Of a DNA stretch of 43,674 nucleotides, positions 7,701 to 16,828 are shown piece by piece (positions within the stretch are counted from its first letter, which is position 1; the number at the start of each line of letters is the position of its first letter). Made by a program: the position numbers and the translations under genes. The stretch spans positions 1-43,674 of the IMG/VR virus record IMGVR_UViG_3300042535_000001. The stretch is one strand, 5' to 3'. The DNA comes from a virus (taxonomy: Duplodnaviria; Caudoviricetes). The notes beneath the pieces were generated by a model that was not told where the DNA came from, did no database searches, and saw only the letters and a program-made list of their open reading frames with translations.

Positions 7701-10700
7701 TTCATTCTAATTGTGTGAGTGATATTGTGGTAAGTTCCAAGTGGAGTGCCACGCTGTTTGTTAATCAGAAGTGTGTTGAACTGCTCAACCATATCTCCAA
7801 TAATTTCAGAAGCCTTTTTTGTGCCTTTGACATCAGCATTTAACCCTGTTGCTTTTGGCATTGGTTGGTCTTTAAGTGATGCCAGTGTTTCAACTTTAGA
7901 CGGCTTTTCTGTTGGGGCTTCTTTGCGGACTGTAAGTTTTCTGTGAGAGTACATAATATCCGCATTAGCCATATCAACCGCGTTGTCACCCTCTGCTGAT
8001 TTAATCTGATTAGGACTAAATACAATGTACTGCTTTTCAGAACCATTGATTCCAGTTCCAATTATGCCGTCATAACCTTCTTTGATGAACTTAGACTGTA
8101 TTTGCTTTGCAGTCTTGGTTTCGTTTAGCTTCATGTATTGCTGCTTAGTCAATTCTTTTGGATTTTCCATGTTTACATAGACTGCAATTGTTTTTGGTTG
8201 TCCTTCGCCTTGAGAGACATACTTAGAATACCATTCAGCAGTCTCTGGGATGTCTGTCAAATAAATACCGCGTCCGTATTCACCATTTAAAGACTCTTTG
8301 AAAGTTGTAAAGTCGCCTTTTGTACCGTGGTAAAGCAGTTTTAAACTGCCGTCATCATTTCTGATTCTTGAGTTGCTAAATGTTTTTTCAATCTCTTTTT
8401 TGCGGGCTGAATAACGAATGTCACCACTTTTTAAATCAACTGGCATATTTCCTTCTGGGGACTTAATTTGATTAGGTTCAAACACCACAACTTCAAGTCC
8501 TTCAATTCCATTACTTCCATCAGCAATAATTCCGTCAAATCCAAGTTCTCTAATTACAGAGTTCGCAAAATCTCCATTTTCCTCAAACAACTCGCGTCCG
8601 TCAAGATCATAAATATCATAACCGCTCGTCGTATCTTGTTTTGATAAGTACACTTCATTTTTTTTCTTGTAAACATCTGTAGACTCAATTTGTTCGTCTG
8701 TAATTCCTTTGCTGTCATAGTAAGGGTTTGTAATGTTGATGTAAGCAGATATAACTTTTTCTCCAAACTCCTTTGTGGCTTCTTTGTTGTCCGTAAAGTA
8801 GATACCTTCTCCCCAACCTTGAGCAGACCCAGGACGAAACTCTGTAAATTCTGCATTTGTACCGTGATACATTTCTTTCAAAGAACCATCTTCATTCCGA
8901 ACCTTTGAATTTTTGAAAGCGGTTTCAATTTCCTTCTTCCTAGCCGAATACTTAGCCGCAATCTCAATATCTTCGTCTGCAAATACGACGTAATTGTAAG
9001 TTTTTTCGCCAGCACTTCTTGAAGACGCATCAAGATATTTTATACCAGGTATTCCTATTGATTTAAGAAATAAAGACGCTTCTTTGTCTGAACCTAACTT
9101 AAACTTTGCTTCTTTATAAATTTGTTTTCCATTGTAATATTCACTAAACGGAAAACCTTTAACACCTTCTGTTGAAATATATTTATCAAGAATTGGTTTT
9201 AATTTATTTTGAACATATTCACTTTGTTCTGAAAATGGTTCATCCCAATCAAGCATATGTTCTTCATCTGGAGAAAGGTCTACTTCGTAGAGACGGCCTT
9301 TGTTATTACTTTGAATCCAACCTCTATTGGTAAGTGTATCAACAATTTCTTTGGTAGTAGGATTTGTAGAATGACCTCTGGTTATACTACCTGGTGTGGG
9401 TTTTCCATCAGAACCAATTTCAAGAACAAAAACGCGCCAATCTCCGTTATTCCATTTAAAATCTATAACTTTGTCTTTAAAACTTCCATAAGAATCAACG
9501 GTTTCACCAGGCTTAAAATATTCTTCTAAAACAGCTTTTTTGTTATTTGGATCTAATGATACGCCGTTTTTTTTGAAAGTACCAATTATGCGTTTTGATA
9601 ACAAATCTCTATACCATTCAGCAATGCCCTTCTTTCCTGCAAAATACAAACCCCAACCGTAAGCCTGCACACCTTCGCCAGTACCCATCTTTTCTGTTGT
9701 AAACTTGTCAAAGTCATGAGGTGTGCCATGGTATGCTCTGATTTTAAACTGTGCATCAGTCTCACCTTTTTTCTTGGTGACAACTCCATTCTCGACCCTA
9801 ATCATAGCAACAACGCCGACAAAATCGTCTTGAAGTCGCTTAGACATTTCTTTTGAAAGATATGTGTCGTACTTGGCACCAGTAATTTTTGACATGATCT
9901 GCTTAACAACCTCAACCATGTCATTAAACAGGAATGAAGAAAAGTCATAGATTTTCTGCCAAAACGTCTTGTCTACAAATGAATTACCCATTTCATCGGC
10001 AAGCATTTCTTCGAGAAGTGCTTCTTCGTCCTTCATAAGTTGTGCTTGAAGTTCTGGAACGTCTGAGTAAGTGTCTAAGAATTTCATTTTTGCTGCAGTA
10101 TCAAAGTTTTCTTTTGCAAACTCAAGAAGCGGTTTGAAGATAGTTTCTTCATACTTCTTATTAGTCTTGATAGTGTGGAAGAACTCATGGCCTATTGTAT
10201 GCCACATCATGTTATTGTCAGACTGATTGACGTTTACATAGATTGCATTAGATCCCTCAACAGCAAAACCATTCGGCAACTGTGCGTTCTTATCACCTTC
10301 AAAGAATACAACGTCACGGCCAAGCTCTTTCATAATCTCAACGGCCTGTTTGTGGATTGTCTTTTTAGGTTGTGCTATTTTGGCAGAACTTTCAACCCCT
10401 GCTGTTTTAAACACGCGTTTAAAATCTTCCTCAGTTTGAACGCCGATAGGCTTATCAGATTGCTTTTCTGCTTTTGATCCGTCTCTTTGTCCGCTCTTAT
10501 CGTCAGTTTTCTGTGACTCACGCTTCTCAACTCCTTTTTGTTGGTCAGTATCAAACATTGACACGTTTTCGCCTGGAAGACCCATTTTTAATTGATCCTG
10601 TCCAGTGGCATCTTTTGTTCCAACTTCAAAATCTGGAATGTCAATTTTAAAAGGCTCAATTTTGTTTCTAAGTTGAACATACCCATTGTTCATAGGTATT

Positions 10701-13036
10701 GGATCGCCATCAAACGTCTTATAACCATCAATAAGATTTTCGTCTATGGCAATTTCAATTCTTCTAGCCAGTGCCGTATTCTTGCCGTTAATCAAATTGG
10801 TGATAGCTTCTCTGATTTCACCATAAGTAGCACCTGTGCTGTCTTTTATTCTAGCGATAGTAGGTGACGTGGTTCTTTTAATGCCTACCCATTCTTTAGC
10901 GTCTGCATCGGTAGGCATACGCTCACCTTTAATGGTGTTGTCAAGGTCAGCCAGAAGCTCTTTTGCTCTCTTAACATGGAAACTCTTGACCTCTGGGAAA
11001 TCGTTTGTGTAAAGCTCGTTCTTGCCGTCTCTGTTTTGATTAGCGTCAATATAACGCTTATCCATTGCAGTTTTCTCAAGAGATTTTGCTTTTGACAAAC
11101 TTCTAGTCGGTTCAGCTTGAAGAATATCCTTCGTAGGCTTCTCCATTTCGTCTGTGGCTGTTTTTTCTGTAGCCATAGACTCTTTGTCTGCAACTTTAGT
11201 TTCGCTTAACAGTGACGCAGGAGTGGATTCTCTGTTGTATTCTCTTTCTGCTTTTAAAAAATCTTCTGTTTTGTAAGAATCATAAAGAGCTTGAGTCTCA
11301 ACTTTGTTCTTAAATTCCTCTGCCGTCATATCCCTTGGCAATTTAAGTTCTTTTTGAATTGTGATCTTGTTCTTAGGCTCAACAGTTTCTTCTTGAACTG
11401 GCTTAGATGGCCCTTTTGCATATTCTTTTTCGGCTTGCAAGAACTCTTTTGACTTCATTGAGTCATAATATGCTTGTTCCTCGACTTTTTGCAAATACTC
11501 AGCAGATTTTGTCTTATCCGGAAGTCCTAACTCCTTCTGTATTGTAACAGCGTTCTCCTTGTCGCTCAGACGCTTTTCAGTATCATTCTTTAACTCTGAC
11601 ATGTCCGTTTTAGTTAAACTCTCTGTATGAGCGTTTAAATCGTTCTGAACAACCTTTTGAAAATTGTCTAGTTCTTCAAGTGTGATGTCATGTTGTGCTT
11701 TTATCATTCGATTAGCCAATTCATAAGATGGAGTTTCTTTTGGAAGTGATAAAGCTGCAATAAGTGTTTCGGGATACTCATTTTGAATCTTGTCTGCCGC
11801 TTGTCTAGCATTTTGAATATTGGCAAGCATTGAAGGAGTTTGCATCACGCCACCCGCCGCAGCACCAACAGCACCTTCGTATAATGCACCTTTTAAATCA
11901 AATTGAGCTTCGGCATCGTAAATCAATTTTTTAGCCGCAGTCATACCCAAGTTGGCAATGACTTCTTCTGCACCTTCACCCGCAGCGTTTTTACCAAATT
12001 CTTTTGCAACCGTCTTTAAATTTTCTTTGAACAATGCTTTCAAAGGTTGCTTAATGACTGTATCTGAAATGTTGAATATACCCAACGCTCTCTCAAGTCC
12101 TGCTTCAAGAACACCACCAACGGCACCGTATGCAAGACGTTTTCCAACAGATGCTCCCTCTGCTTCTGCTTCACCCATGTAAGAGCCTGACGCAGGAACA
12201 CCAAAAGCCGCCATGCCTGCCCCTGGACCTGCCAATGCGGTAACTGCTAACGCGGGTACTGCTTGAGCAACCCCACGAACAACATCGCCGCCAAACTTGG
12301 CAATAGGTCCTGCAGCTTCATTCATTTGTGACGCGGTATTCATTTGAGTTCTAAGAGCTTGACGCTCTGCATCGTAACCAGTAGTTCTGTTTTTAAATCC
12401 TAATGCTTCGCTGACTGTGGCTGCTAAGTCCATCATGTCCGACTTAACACTACCAACACCAGATTGAATATTTCGAGAGAAGAACCCTTGTTTTTTAGTC
12501 TTTCTTGCTTCAAGTTCTGGTAACATCATTTGGAATGATTCAATGGCTTTTTGTGGATCAGACTCAAATTGCTTTGTAAATGACTTGAGTTCTGCTTTCG
12601 TTAATTGGTCTGATCTATAACCAAATAAGCCAATAGATTTTGTAAATCTTTCTTCCGAATCAATAACCTTTTTCTTTGGTGTACTTACTGGCTCTTGTGC
12701 ATACGTTTTAGAAGCCTTTGCTTGCGTCTCATAAAATGTTTCAGCTTTCTTGGTAGTGTTGTTTACTTGTCCGGGTGAATTACGCTTGATAGCTTCAACA
12801 CGAGCCTTTGCTTCTGCCCTTCTTACTTCTTCTGCTTTTCTTTTCTGTTCTGCAAGCATCTGTGCTTGATTGGCTTCTGATTGTCTTTTTGCTTCAAACA
12901 TTGCACGCTCTTGAAGATAATCAGCCGTATACTTTGAAGAAGGGGAAGTCACATCGACTCCCCTTTCCATCTTCAATTGTTCAATTGTCTTACTACCTGT
13001 TCTCTCTTGTCTCAATTGCTCAATTGTTTTTGCCAT
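4769..13036 (-). CDS. Large polyvalent (probably virion-ejected) protein: two HExxH metallopeptidase-like domains, an LPD23-like domain, two ART-PolyVal ADP-ribosyltransferase-like domains, LPD38-like C-terminus
   Basis: HEFFH (~10180), YHGTPHDFDKF..GTGEG.QAYGWGLYF (~9730), YHGT...GIYFT...GFDGII (~8870), YHGT...GIYLT...GYDGII (~8330), HEAGH (~7665), WRRDFFW..P...PKDFEFG (~5600). Position after the tail genes fits an ejection protein. Confidence 0.85.
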   Translation of the reverse strand: MAKTIEQLRQERTGSKTIEQLKMERGVDVTSPSSKYTADYLQERAMFEAKRQSEANQAQMLAEQKRKAEEVRRAEAKARVEAIKRNSPGQVNNTTKKAETFYETQAKASKTYAQEPVSTPKKKVIDSEERFTKSIGLFGYRSDQLTKAELKSFTKQFESDPQKAIESFQMMLPELEARKTKKQGFFSRNIQSGVGSVKSDMMDLAATVSEALGFKNRTTGYDAERQALRTQMNTASQMNEAAGPIAKFGGDVVRGVAQAVPALAVTALAGPGAGMAAFGVPASGSYMGEAEAEGASVGKRLAYGAVGGVLEAGLERALGIFNISDTVIKQPLKALFKENLKTVAKEFGKNAAGEGAEEVIANLGMTAAKKLIYDAEAQFDLKGALYEGAVGAAAGGVMQTPSMLANIQNARQAADKIQNEYPETLIAALSLPKETPSYELANRMIKAQHDITLEELDNFQKVVQNDLNAHTESLTKTDMSELKNDTEKRLSDKENAVTIQKELGLPDKTKSAEYLQKVEEQAYYDSMKSKEFLQAEKEYAKGPSKPVQEETVEPKNKITIQKELKLPRDMTAEEFKNKVETQALYDSYKTEDFLKAEREYNRESTPASLLSETKVADKESMATEKTATDEMEKPTKDILQAEPTRSLSKAKSLEKTAMDKRYIDANQNRDGKNELYTNDFPEVKSFHVKRAKELLADLDNTIKGERMPTDADAKEWVGIKRTTSPTIARIKDSTGATYGEIREAITNLINGKNTALARRIEIAIDENLIDGYKTFDGDPIPMNNGYVQLRNKIEPFKIDIPDFEVGTKDATGQDQLKMGLPGENVSMFDTDQQKGVEKRESQKTDDKSGQRDGSKAEKQSDKPIGVQTEEDFKRVFKTAGVESSAKIAQPKKTIHKQAVEIMKELGRDVVFFEGDKNAQLPNGFAVEGSNAIYVNVNQSDNNMMWHTIGHEFFHTIKTNKKYEETIFKPLLEFAKENFDTAAKMKFLDTYSDVPELQAQLMKDEEALLEEMLADEMGNSFVDKTFWQKIYDFSSFLFNDMVEVVKQIMSKITGAKYDTYLSKEMSKRLQDDFVGVVAMIRVENGVVTKKKGETDAQFKIRAYHGTPHDFDKFTTEKMGTGEGVQAYGWGLYFAGKKGIAEWYRDLLSKRIIGTFKKNGVSLDPNNKKAVLEEYFKPGETVDSYGSFKDKVIDFKWNNGDWRVFVLEIGSDGKPTPGSITRGHSTNPTTKEIVDTLTNRGWIQSNNKGRLYEVDLSPDEEHMLDWDEPFSEQSEYVQNKLKPILDKYISTEGVKGFPFSEYYNGKQIYKEAKFKLGSDKEASLFLKSIGIPGIKYLDASSRSAGEKTYNYVVFADEDIEIAAKYSARKKEIETAFKNSKVRNEDGSLKEMYHGTNAEFTEFRPGSAQGWGEGIYFTDNKEATKEFGEKVISAYINITNPYYDSKGITDEQIESTDVYKKKNEVYLSKQDTTSGYDIYDLDGRELFEENGDFANSVIRELGFDGIIADGSNGIEGLEVVVFEPNQIKSPEGNMPVDLKSGDIRYSARKKEIEKTFSNSRIRNDDGSLKLLYHGTKGDFTTFKESLNGEYGRGIYLTDIPETAEWYSKYVSQGEGQPKTIAVYVNMENPKELTKQQYMKLNETKTAKQIQSKFIKEGYDGIIGTGINGSEKQYIVFSPNQIKSAEGDNAVDMANADIMYSHRKLTVRKEAPTEKPSKVETLASLKDQPMPKATGLNADVKGTKKASEIIGDMVEQFNTLLINKQRGTPLGTYHNITHTIRMKKANDMQVFTHEAGHHLDNLYKISSTANGQAEAELLALGEQTSNKNWPKSKKLKEGVAEFLRLYMFDKQTAMKRVPNALNHFEYKVDKDMMKLVNKWADESWKLYNLAPVDRISKSIVFATEKPGIQDVLFNKAKVFDPENIGYLAHIAYEGIFDQTHMLEYFVGKMGGQKAQEFMKQQLAKFRGYEAVSTNDIYYSQNDLNGREVGDSYRDITKEVHTSEAKRQDFIKYQVARRAEDYEAKGLELPDSYETYKAAVIELEAKYPEFKKVFSDLIEYRANNLHLLGDIYGVENIDKMIEENPNYAPLKRDFGQDSKTAVGVGKRLAGSKKLVKGLRGGGQDISDVEQSDIANTFMYRSAAMRNKILLELVDVGNSVEGFGNVIQRADPKFKVAEFTLEQLKGQLNKLDIDVDGVDPETAMRIIKPNYLAGENQIVVYRDGKPEVYDVHPDLYASLSGMSPELGGMVIQVMAAISTVQKAGIVLSQKFITYNFGRDTNRSSISTNAGINPFSIMVGVGSSLVKGENYKRALAAGALSGFFVNDRNNIARTIDDINAGSNPAKQAMKFIKHPTEIFRFVSDAVEFGPKVAEFNAYLKKFGYTQEQIDAAVVSTRNLSYDYKMMGRWVKKTQWNRVANFFNPQLQGVKNTILLFRTPKLAFRTTVKGIIYTTIPTLLLMYLNRDNEYYKELPQWRRDFFWNVPLGDPSTTEVFLPIPKDFEFGILFGALPERLINDLYYEDKHAWDGIMDTIAKTILPEFMPSALTPMYELQVNKNFLGRPILSKSDEGLFPEEQYNEFTSEVAKGISKAVKDLPVPRSLKSPKQVQHLIEGYGTTVARNVLQGIDLALEGDVAKGVQTGLGFNQSMTVNALKSPESVERFYNNKSNIDKLYRSLKKGGKKLTPETDALKDEFSSAYKDLDDLNDFKRAIERGDKVEGYENLTKEQIKETVKKANLKIIEITQRVNTLYDKYYTTEGIKK

Positions 13037-13055
13037 TCTAATTTCTCCTTCCCAA

Positions 13056-14594
13056 CTATGGGTTTAATGTGACTCCTTGATTTTTAAACATGCTGTTATA
13101 CAATTCAAGAAGTTTAGCGGCTTCTTCTGGTGTGATTAAACCGCTTTTTGATTCTTTTTTGATGTAATCAAGCGGATTGCCAGATGCCATCATATCTTTG
13201 TAGATAAGAGCTAAATTTTCACTAGCTTTAGCGGCATTTTGCTCTTTAGTAGTGCCAGTCTTTGCCTGTTCTCTGTCAAATGCTTCTCGTGATTGAGATA
13301 GTGCTAATTGACCTTGAGATACAGATAAATGACCTTTTGAAACTGATTCACTGACAAGTTGCTGTCTAGTGCTTTCGTTGAACTGCTTTAACCATTGCGC
13401 ATCTTTTATTTTATCTCTTTCCTTTTCATAATCAAACCTAATCTTTTCATTTTTGTCATTCTTTAACTCGCGAGCGGCTTCTTTTTCTTCCGCTTTAATT
13501 CTATCGAGTTTTGCAAGACGTGCCTTTTGAGTCTCGATGTATCTGTAATCGTCTTTAGGTATGCCTGCTTTCTCCATATCTGCTAACTGTTGAGTAAGGT
13601 CTTTTGTTGTGTCGATTGAGGAAGCAAATTCTCTAGCTTTCTTCTCAAGAGCTGTCTCAGCTTTGTCCGCTTCATAACGAGTATCGGAAAGAGTGTCTCT
13701 GCCAACTCCATAATCCCATTTCTTAGCCGCTTGCTCTTTTTCATAGGCAATTTGCTCTGCTTGAGTTCTGATTCTGTCAGCTTCTCTTTGATTTGCGAGA
13801 GCGTCTTGAGCTTTAGCATACTCAAATTGTTCTTTTTGAATTTGTTGAGCTGCTAGGTCTTTTGCTCTTTGATGTGAAGTTTCATCCGCGTACATTGAAG
13901 CATCTGCCGCCGCACCTGCTAACTTCTCAGCTTTTTGTCTGCCTACGTTTGCAATGTCAACATTAGTAGCCAACTCCGATTCCCCTGCGCGTCTTTGAAT
14001 GTCCGTCATGGCTTTTACAAGGTCCGCATTTATGTTCGCTCTGTCTTGATCTGCTGCAATGCCAACTTTACCGACTTCTCCAACAGCAAGACCAGATGTT
14101 TGAGGATTCCAACCCGACATTGCCATAAGTTCTTTTTGAGTCTCAGTTTGTGCAAATTGACGATTAGAAACATCGCTCATTGCCTTGTCATACCCTGGCT
14201 TAACTGTAGATTTTTCAACTTCAAGAGTAGCAAGAGCCTTTGCAAGATTTTGCTTGATAAGGTCAACTTGATTGTTTGCACTTGATTCAATTGCCGCAGA
14301 CTTTTGACCGTACATTTTATTGTAAAGGTCTTGATATGCGTTGCCGCCTGTTGCAGTAGTGGGTTGTATTGGAGTTACTTGTTTTGCTTGAGCGTCACTT
14401 ACTACATTGGGATTAGCTATTGTATTCATAGAATCTTTTCGCTTCATATAATCGTCAATTGGTTCTCTTCTCGGCAATTTTTCATTTTCTTGTCGAGCAA
14501 GATATTCATTTTTCATTTTTTCAAATAATTCTGGTGGCATTGCTTGATTCTGTCCGACATTTTTAGCATATAATTCATAATCTTCGTATGCCAT
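13056..14594 (-). CDS. Putative internal virion/ejection protein
   Basis: 512 aa, A/Q/E/K-rich helical; lies just upstream of the giant protein. Confidence 0.65.
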   Translation of the reverse strand: MAYEDYELYAKNVGQNQAMPPELFEKMKNEYLARQENEKLPRREPIDDYMKRKDSMNTIANPNVVSDAQAKQVTPIQPTTATGGNAYQDLYNKMYGQKSAAIESSANNQVDLIKQNLAKALATLEVEKSTVKPGYDKAMSDVSNRQFAQTETQKELMAMSGWNPQTSGLAVGEVGKVGIAADQDRANINADLVKAMTDIQRRAGESELATNVDIANVGRQKAEKLAGAAADASMYADETSHQRAKDLAAQQIQKEQFEYAKAQDALANQREADRIRTQAEQIAYEKEQAAKKWDYGVGRDTLSDTRYEADKAETALEKKAREFASSIDTTKDLTQQLADMEKAGIPKDDYRYIETQKARLAKLDRIKAEEKEAARELKNDKNEKIRFDYEKERDKIKDAQWLKQFNESTRQQLVSESVSKGHLSVSQGQLALSQSREAFDREQAKTGTTKEQNAAKASENLALIYKDMMASGNPLDYIKKESKSGLITPEEAAKLLELYNSMFKNQGVTLNP

Positions 14595-14620
14595 TATTTC
14601 ACTCCTTTTTTAAAATAAAT

Positions 14621-15016
14621 TTATACTAATTTTTTCTCTAATTCTAAAATCCTATTGTTTTGTTCAATAGTTTTCCACAATATCATTTCTTCAAACGACA
14701 TTACATTACTTGTTGGTGGAACAACTATAGGAATTACTGTAGGTTCTTCATACTCAAAACCTTCGCAAATTAAATTTTCGTCGAGCCACTGAAACGCTAA
14801 AGTTTCGTTAACTCGTTTCATTCCAGTAATAATGTTTGGTTTTACTTTGTTCCAAGCCATTGTAATAATCTGATTGTCAGTTAGATTGTTTGTTTCAAAC
14901 AATCCAAGTTCTGTTGTAGGAGTAAAATTATTAAACGGCTGATATTCTTGCTCAACGATTAAAGAGACACAAACGCCATCGGATTGTTTTATTAGTTCTT
15001 TAAGTTTAATTTTCAT
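14621..15016 (-). CDS. Hypothetical protein (possible fibre-associated chaperone)
   Basis: 131-aa ORF downstream of the fibre genes, with a short C-terminal coiled coil. Confidence 0.55.
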   Translation of the reverse strand: MKIKLKELIKQSDGVCVSLIVEQEYQPFNNFTPTTELGLFETNNLTDNQIITMAWNKVKPNIITGMKRVNETLAFQWLDENLICEGFEYEEPTVIPIVVPPTSNVMSFEEMILWKTIEQNNRILELEKKLV

Positions 15017-15468
15017 TAACTCACCCCTTTTAATTTAATGTACCCAATCCAAGACCAAGCAGAATCCCCACTAGCGGATACAATTATTCTTTTTATTTTT
15101 TTAGTTGAGTCAAGCACGTATTCTTCTGTTGCCGTTGAAGATATATTTGATCGTAAAGTAATTTGGCTTAGATCATCGTATTGAACAGCAATGTACCCAC
15201 CAGTATTTGTGTAAAATCCGCTTGTTATAACTGCAGAACTGGCTTTAATATTAAGCGTTTCTATTGCCAGTAATGCTTCACTTGCAACATTTCCTTTTCG
15301 AATTAAACAGCCAACTGGTGTGTCCCAAGGAGCGGTTATTGTGCTACCGCCTGTTATATAAACTGTCAATCCAAGAATGTTACAATTTGTATTTCCTAAT
15401 GCTGAGTCCCAAACAATTATTTCTTTTGATGATGAAGAATTTATGCCTATATCCTCTAACATTTTCAC
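15016..15468 (-). CDS. Beta-rich protein, possible receptor-binding/adhesin tip
   Basis: 150-aa beta-strand-rich ORF directly after the tail fibre. Confidence 0.55.
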   Translation of the reverse strand: MKMLEDIGINSSSSKEIIVWDSALGNTNCNILGLTVYITGGSTITAPWDTPVGCLIRKGNVASEALLAIETLNIKASSAVITSGFYTNTGGYIAVQYDDLSQITLRSNISSTATEEYVLDSTKKIKRIIVSASGDSAWSWIGYIKLKGVS

Positions 15469-15475
15469 ACCCCTA

Positions 15476-16825
15476 TTATGCTTTTAAATCACCTGTAATC
15501 CACCAAGAATCAAGAGTTACTTGTTTTAATGTTGCACCAGAAAAGACACCGTTAAGTGTTCTTTTTGAATCTTTAGAAGACAATTCTGTTACTCCTACCG
15601 GTAAAAAAGAAATTGTGGCTCCTGTGTATGCTGCAAATGCCATTGTTGCTCCAATCGGAAACCTAATAGTACTTGAATGTGGAATTGATATTACACCACC
15701 TGTAACCACATATATAAATTTCCTATTGTCACTTAAATCAAGAGTTTTAGGCGCATTTATTGGCTTTACCTTTCCATAACTATTTTCGTTAAACATTTCA
15801 AAGGTATCACTCCACACGCCATTATCTTTATACCTAATCCAAGTTCCTGCGTCAGCAGTAAATCCAGTTATTTTATGAAGAATATTAAGGTCATCATACC
15901 TGGTTACATCTATATATAAAAATTTACCTTGCAAAGCTACTGGTAAGTCAGTAAGCGAGTTTGACCAATACCGTCCACTTGTTAAAAGTGAATTAATACT
16001 CACTGCACCTATTCCAATGGCTTCTTTCCTAAAAACAGTTGTACTCGATGTGAGAAGTTCTGATCCCATAGAATCTAGTAATGTTTTAATAGGAAGATAT
16101 GCGCCTTTATACCCAATACCTTCATCATAAATTCTTATATAATCACCATCAACATCAATTGCAATGTCCCCTAAAAGTGTTGTCCCACTTGCGGGTTTTT
16201 GCAAAACAAATTTTCCACCTGCAACCCCGCCCAAGGCTTTCATTTTTAAAGCTGATAAAATTTGCAATCCTGTAAATGTGTTTCCACCTTCTAAGTTTGC
16301 TTTGTCACCCAATCCAAGTAACGTTTTAATTTGGTCTAATGTCTTAACAACATGCGTTCCAATTCCACCACCAATAATAAATTCATTAGCAGCAGTAAAC
16401 ATTGATTTTTTTAATGCCTGTGATTTTAACTGATTTGAAGAGTTGCTTAATTTAACATCTTCAAGGCTACCATCTGGAACTGATACTGCAACAATTTGAG
16501 AAGCAACGTATTCAACAACCTCTTGTTTTGTATAGTATCTTTCGTCATGATCTGCCGAATCTTTATGAGTGTTAAACGAATTCAAATTAGTTGTTATTTG
16601 ACTTTGTAATCCAGAAATTAAATTATCAACTTCTGTTTCAGTAAAATACCTTCCGTCATGGTCATCACCTGTTAATGTCCCATAATGCCTAATTAAATCA
16701 TCAAGCATTTTATTGATTGTTTCTTCTAATGCTTTTTGATCTAAATTAAATCGATTAGGGTCAAACACTTGTCCGTTGGTAGCATTTTCAAATATATCAA
16801 TTTTAGGTGGCAATTGGTGCGTCAT
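15476..16825 (-). CDS. Tail fibre/spike protein
   Basis: Repeated HDxRY(F/Y)T..EV motifs, a knob-like segment (SGRYW...TWIRYKDNGVWS) and a C-terminal IP...FPIG...W.ITGDL domain. Confidence 0.8.
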   Translation of the reverse strand: MTHQLPPKIDIFENATNGQVFDPNRFNLDQKALEETINKMLDDLIRHYGTLTGDDHDGRYFTETEVDNLISGLQSQITTNLNSFNTHKDSADHDERYYTKQEVVEYVASQIVAVSVPDGSLEDVKLSNSSNQLKSQALKKSMFTAANEFIIGGGIGTHVVKTLDQIKTLLGLGDKANLEGGNTFTGLQILSALKMKALGGVAGGKFVLQKPASGTTLLGDIAIDVDGDYIRIYDEGIGYKGAYLPIKTLLDSMGSELLTSSTTVFRKEAIGIGAVSINSLLTSGRYWSNSLTDLPVALQGKFLYIDVTRYDDLNILHKITGFTADAGTWIRYKDNGVWSDTFEMFNENSYGKVKPINAPKTLDLSDNRKFIYVVTGGVISIPHSSTIRFPIGATMAFAAYTGATISFLPVGVTELSSKDSKRTLNGVFSGATLKQVTLDSWWITGDLKA

Positions 16826-16828
16826 AGT

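Noticed and set aside
5416-14528. Many short ORFs antisense to, or nested in, the giant and ejection genes
   Set aside because: They are shadow ORFs with no recognisable motif, overlapping long well-supported genes.
14595-14640. Additional late-promoter copy before the ejection genes (GAGAAAAAAT-N16-TAAAAA)
   Set aside because: The -10 lacks the conserved final T and the region is very A-rich, so the match is probably chance.
14621-16825. Diversity-generating retroelement or invertible fibre cassette
   Set aside because: I saw no reverse transcriptase, invertase or TR/VR repeat pair by eye.
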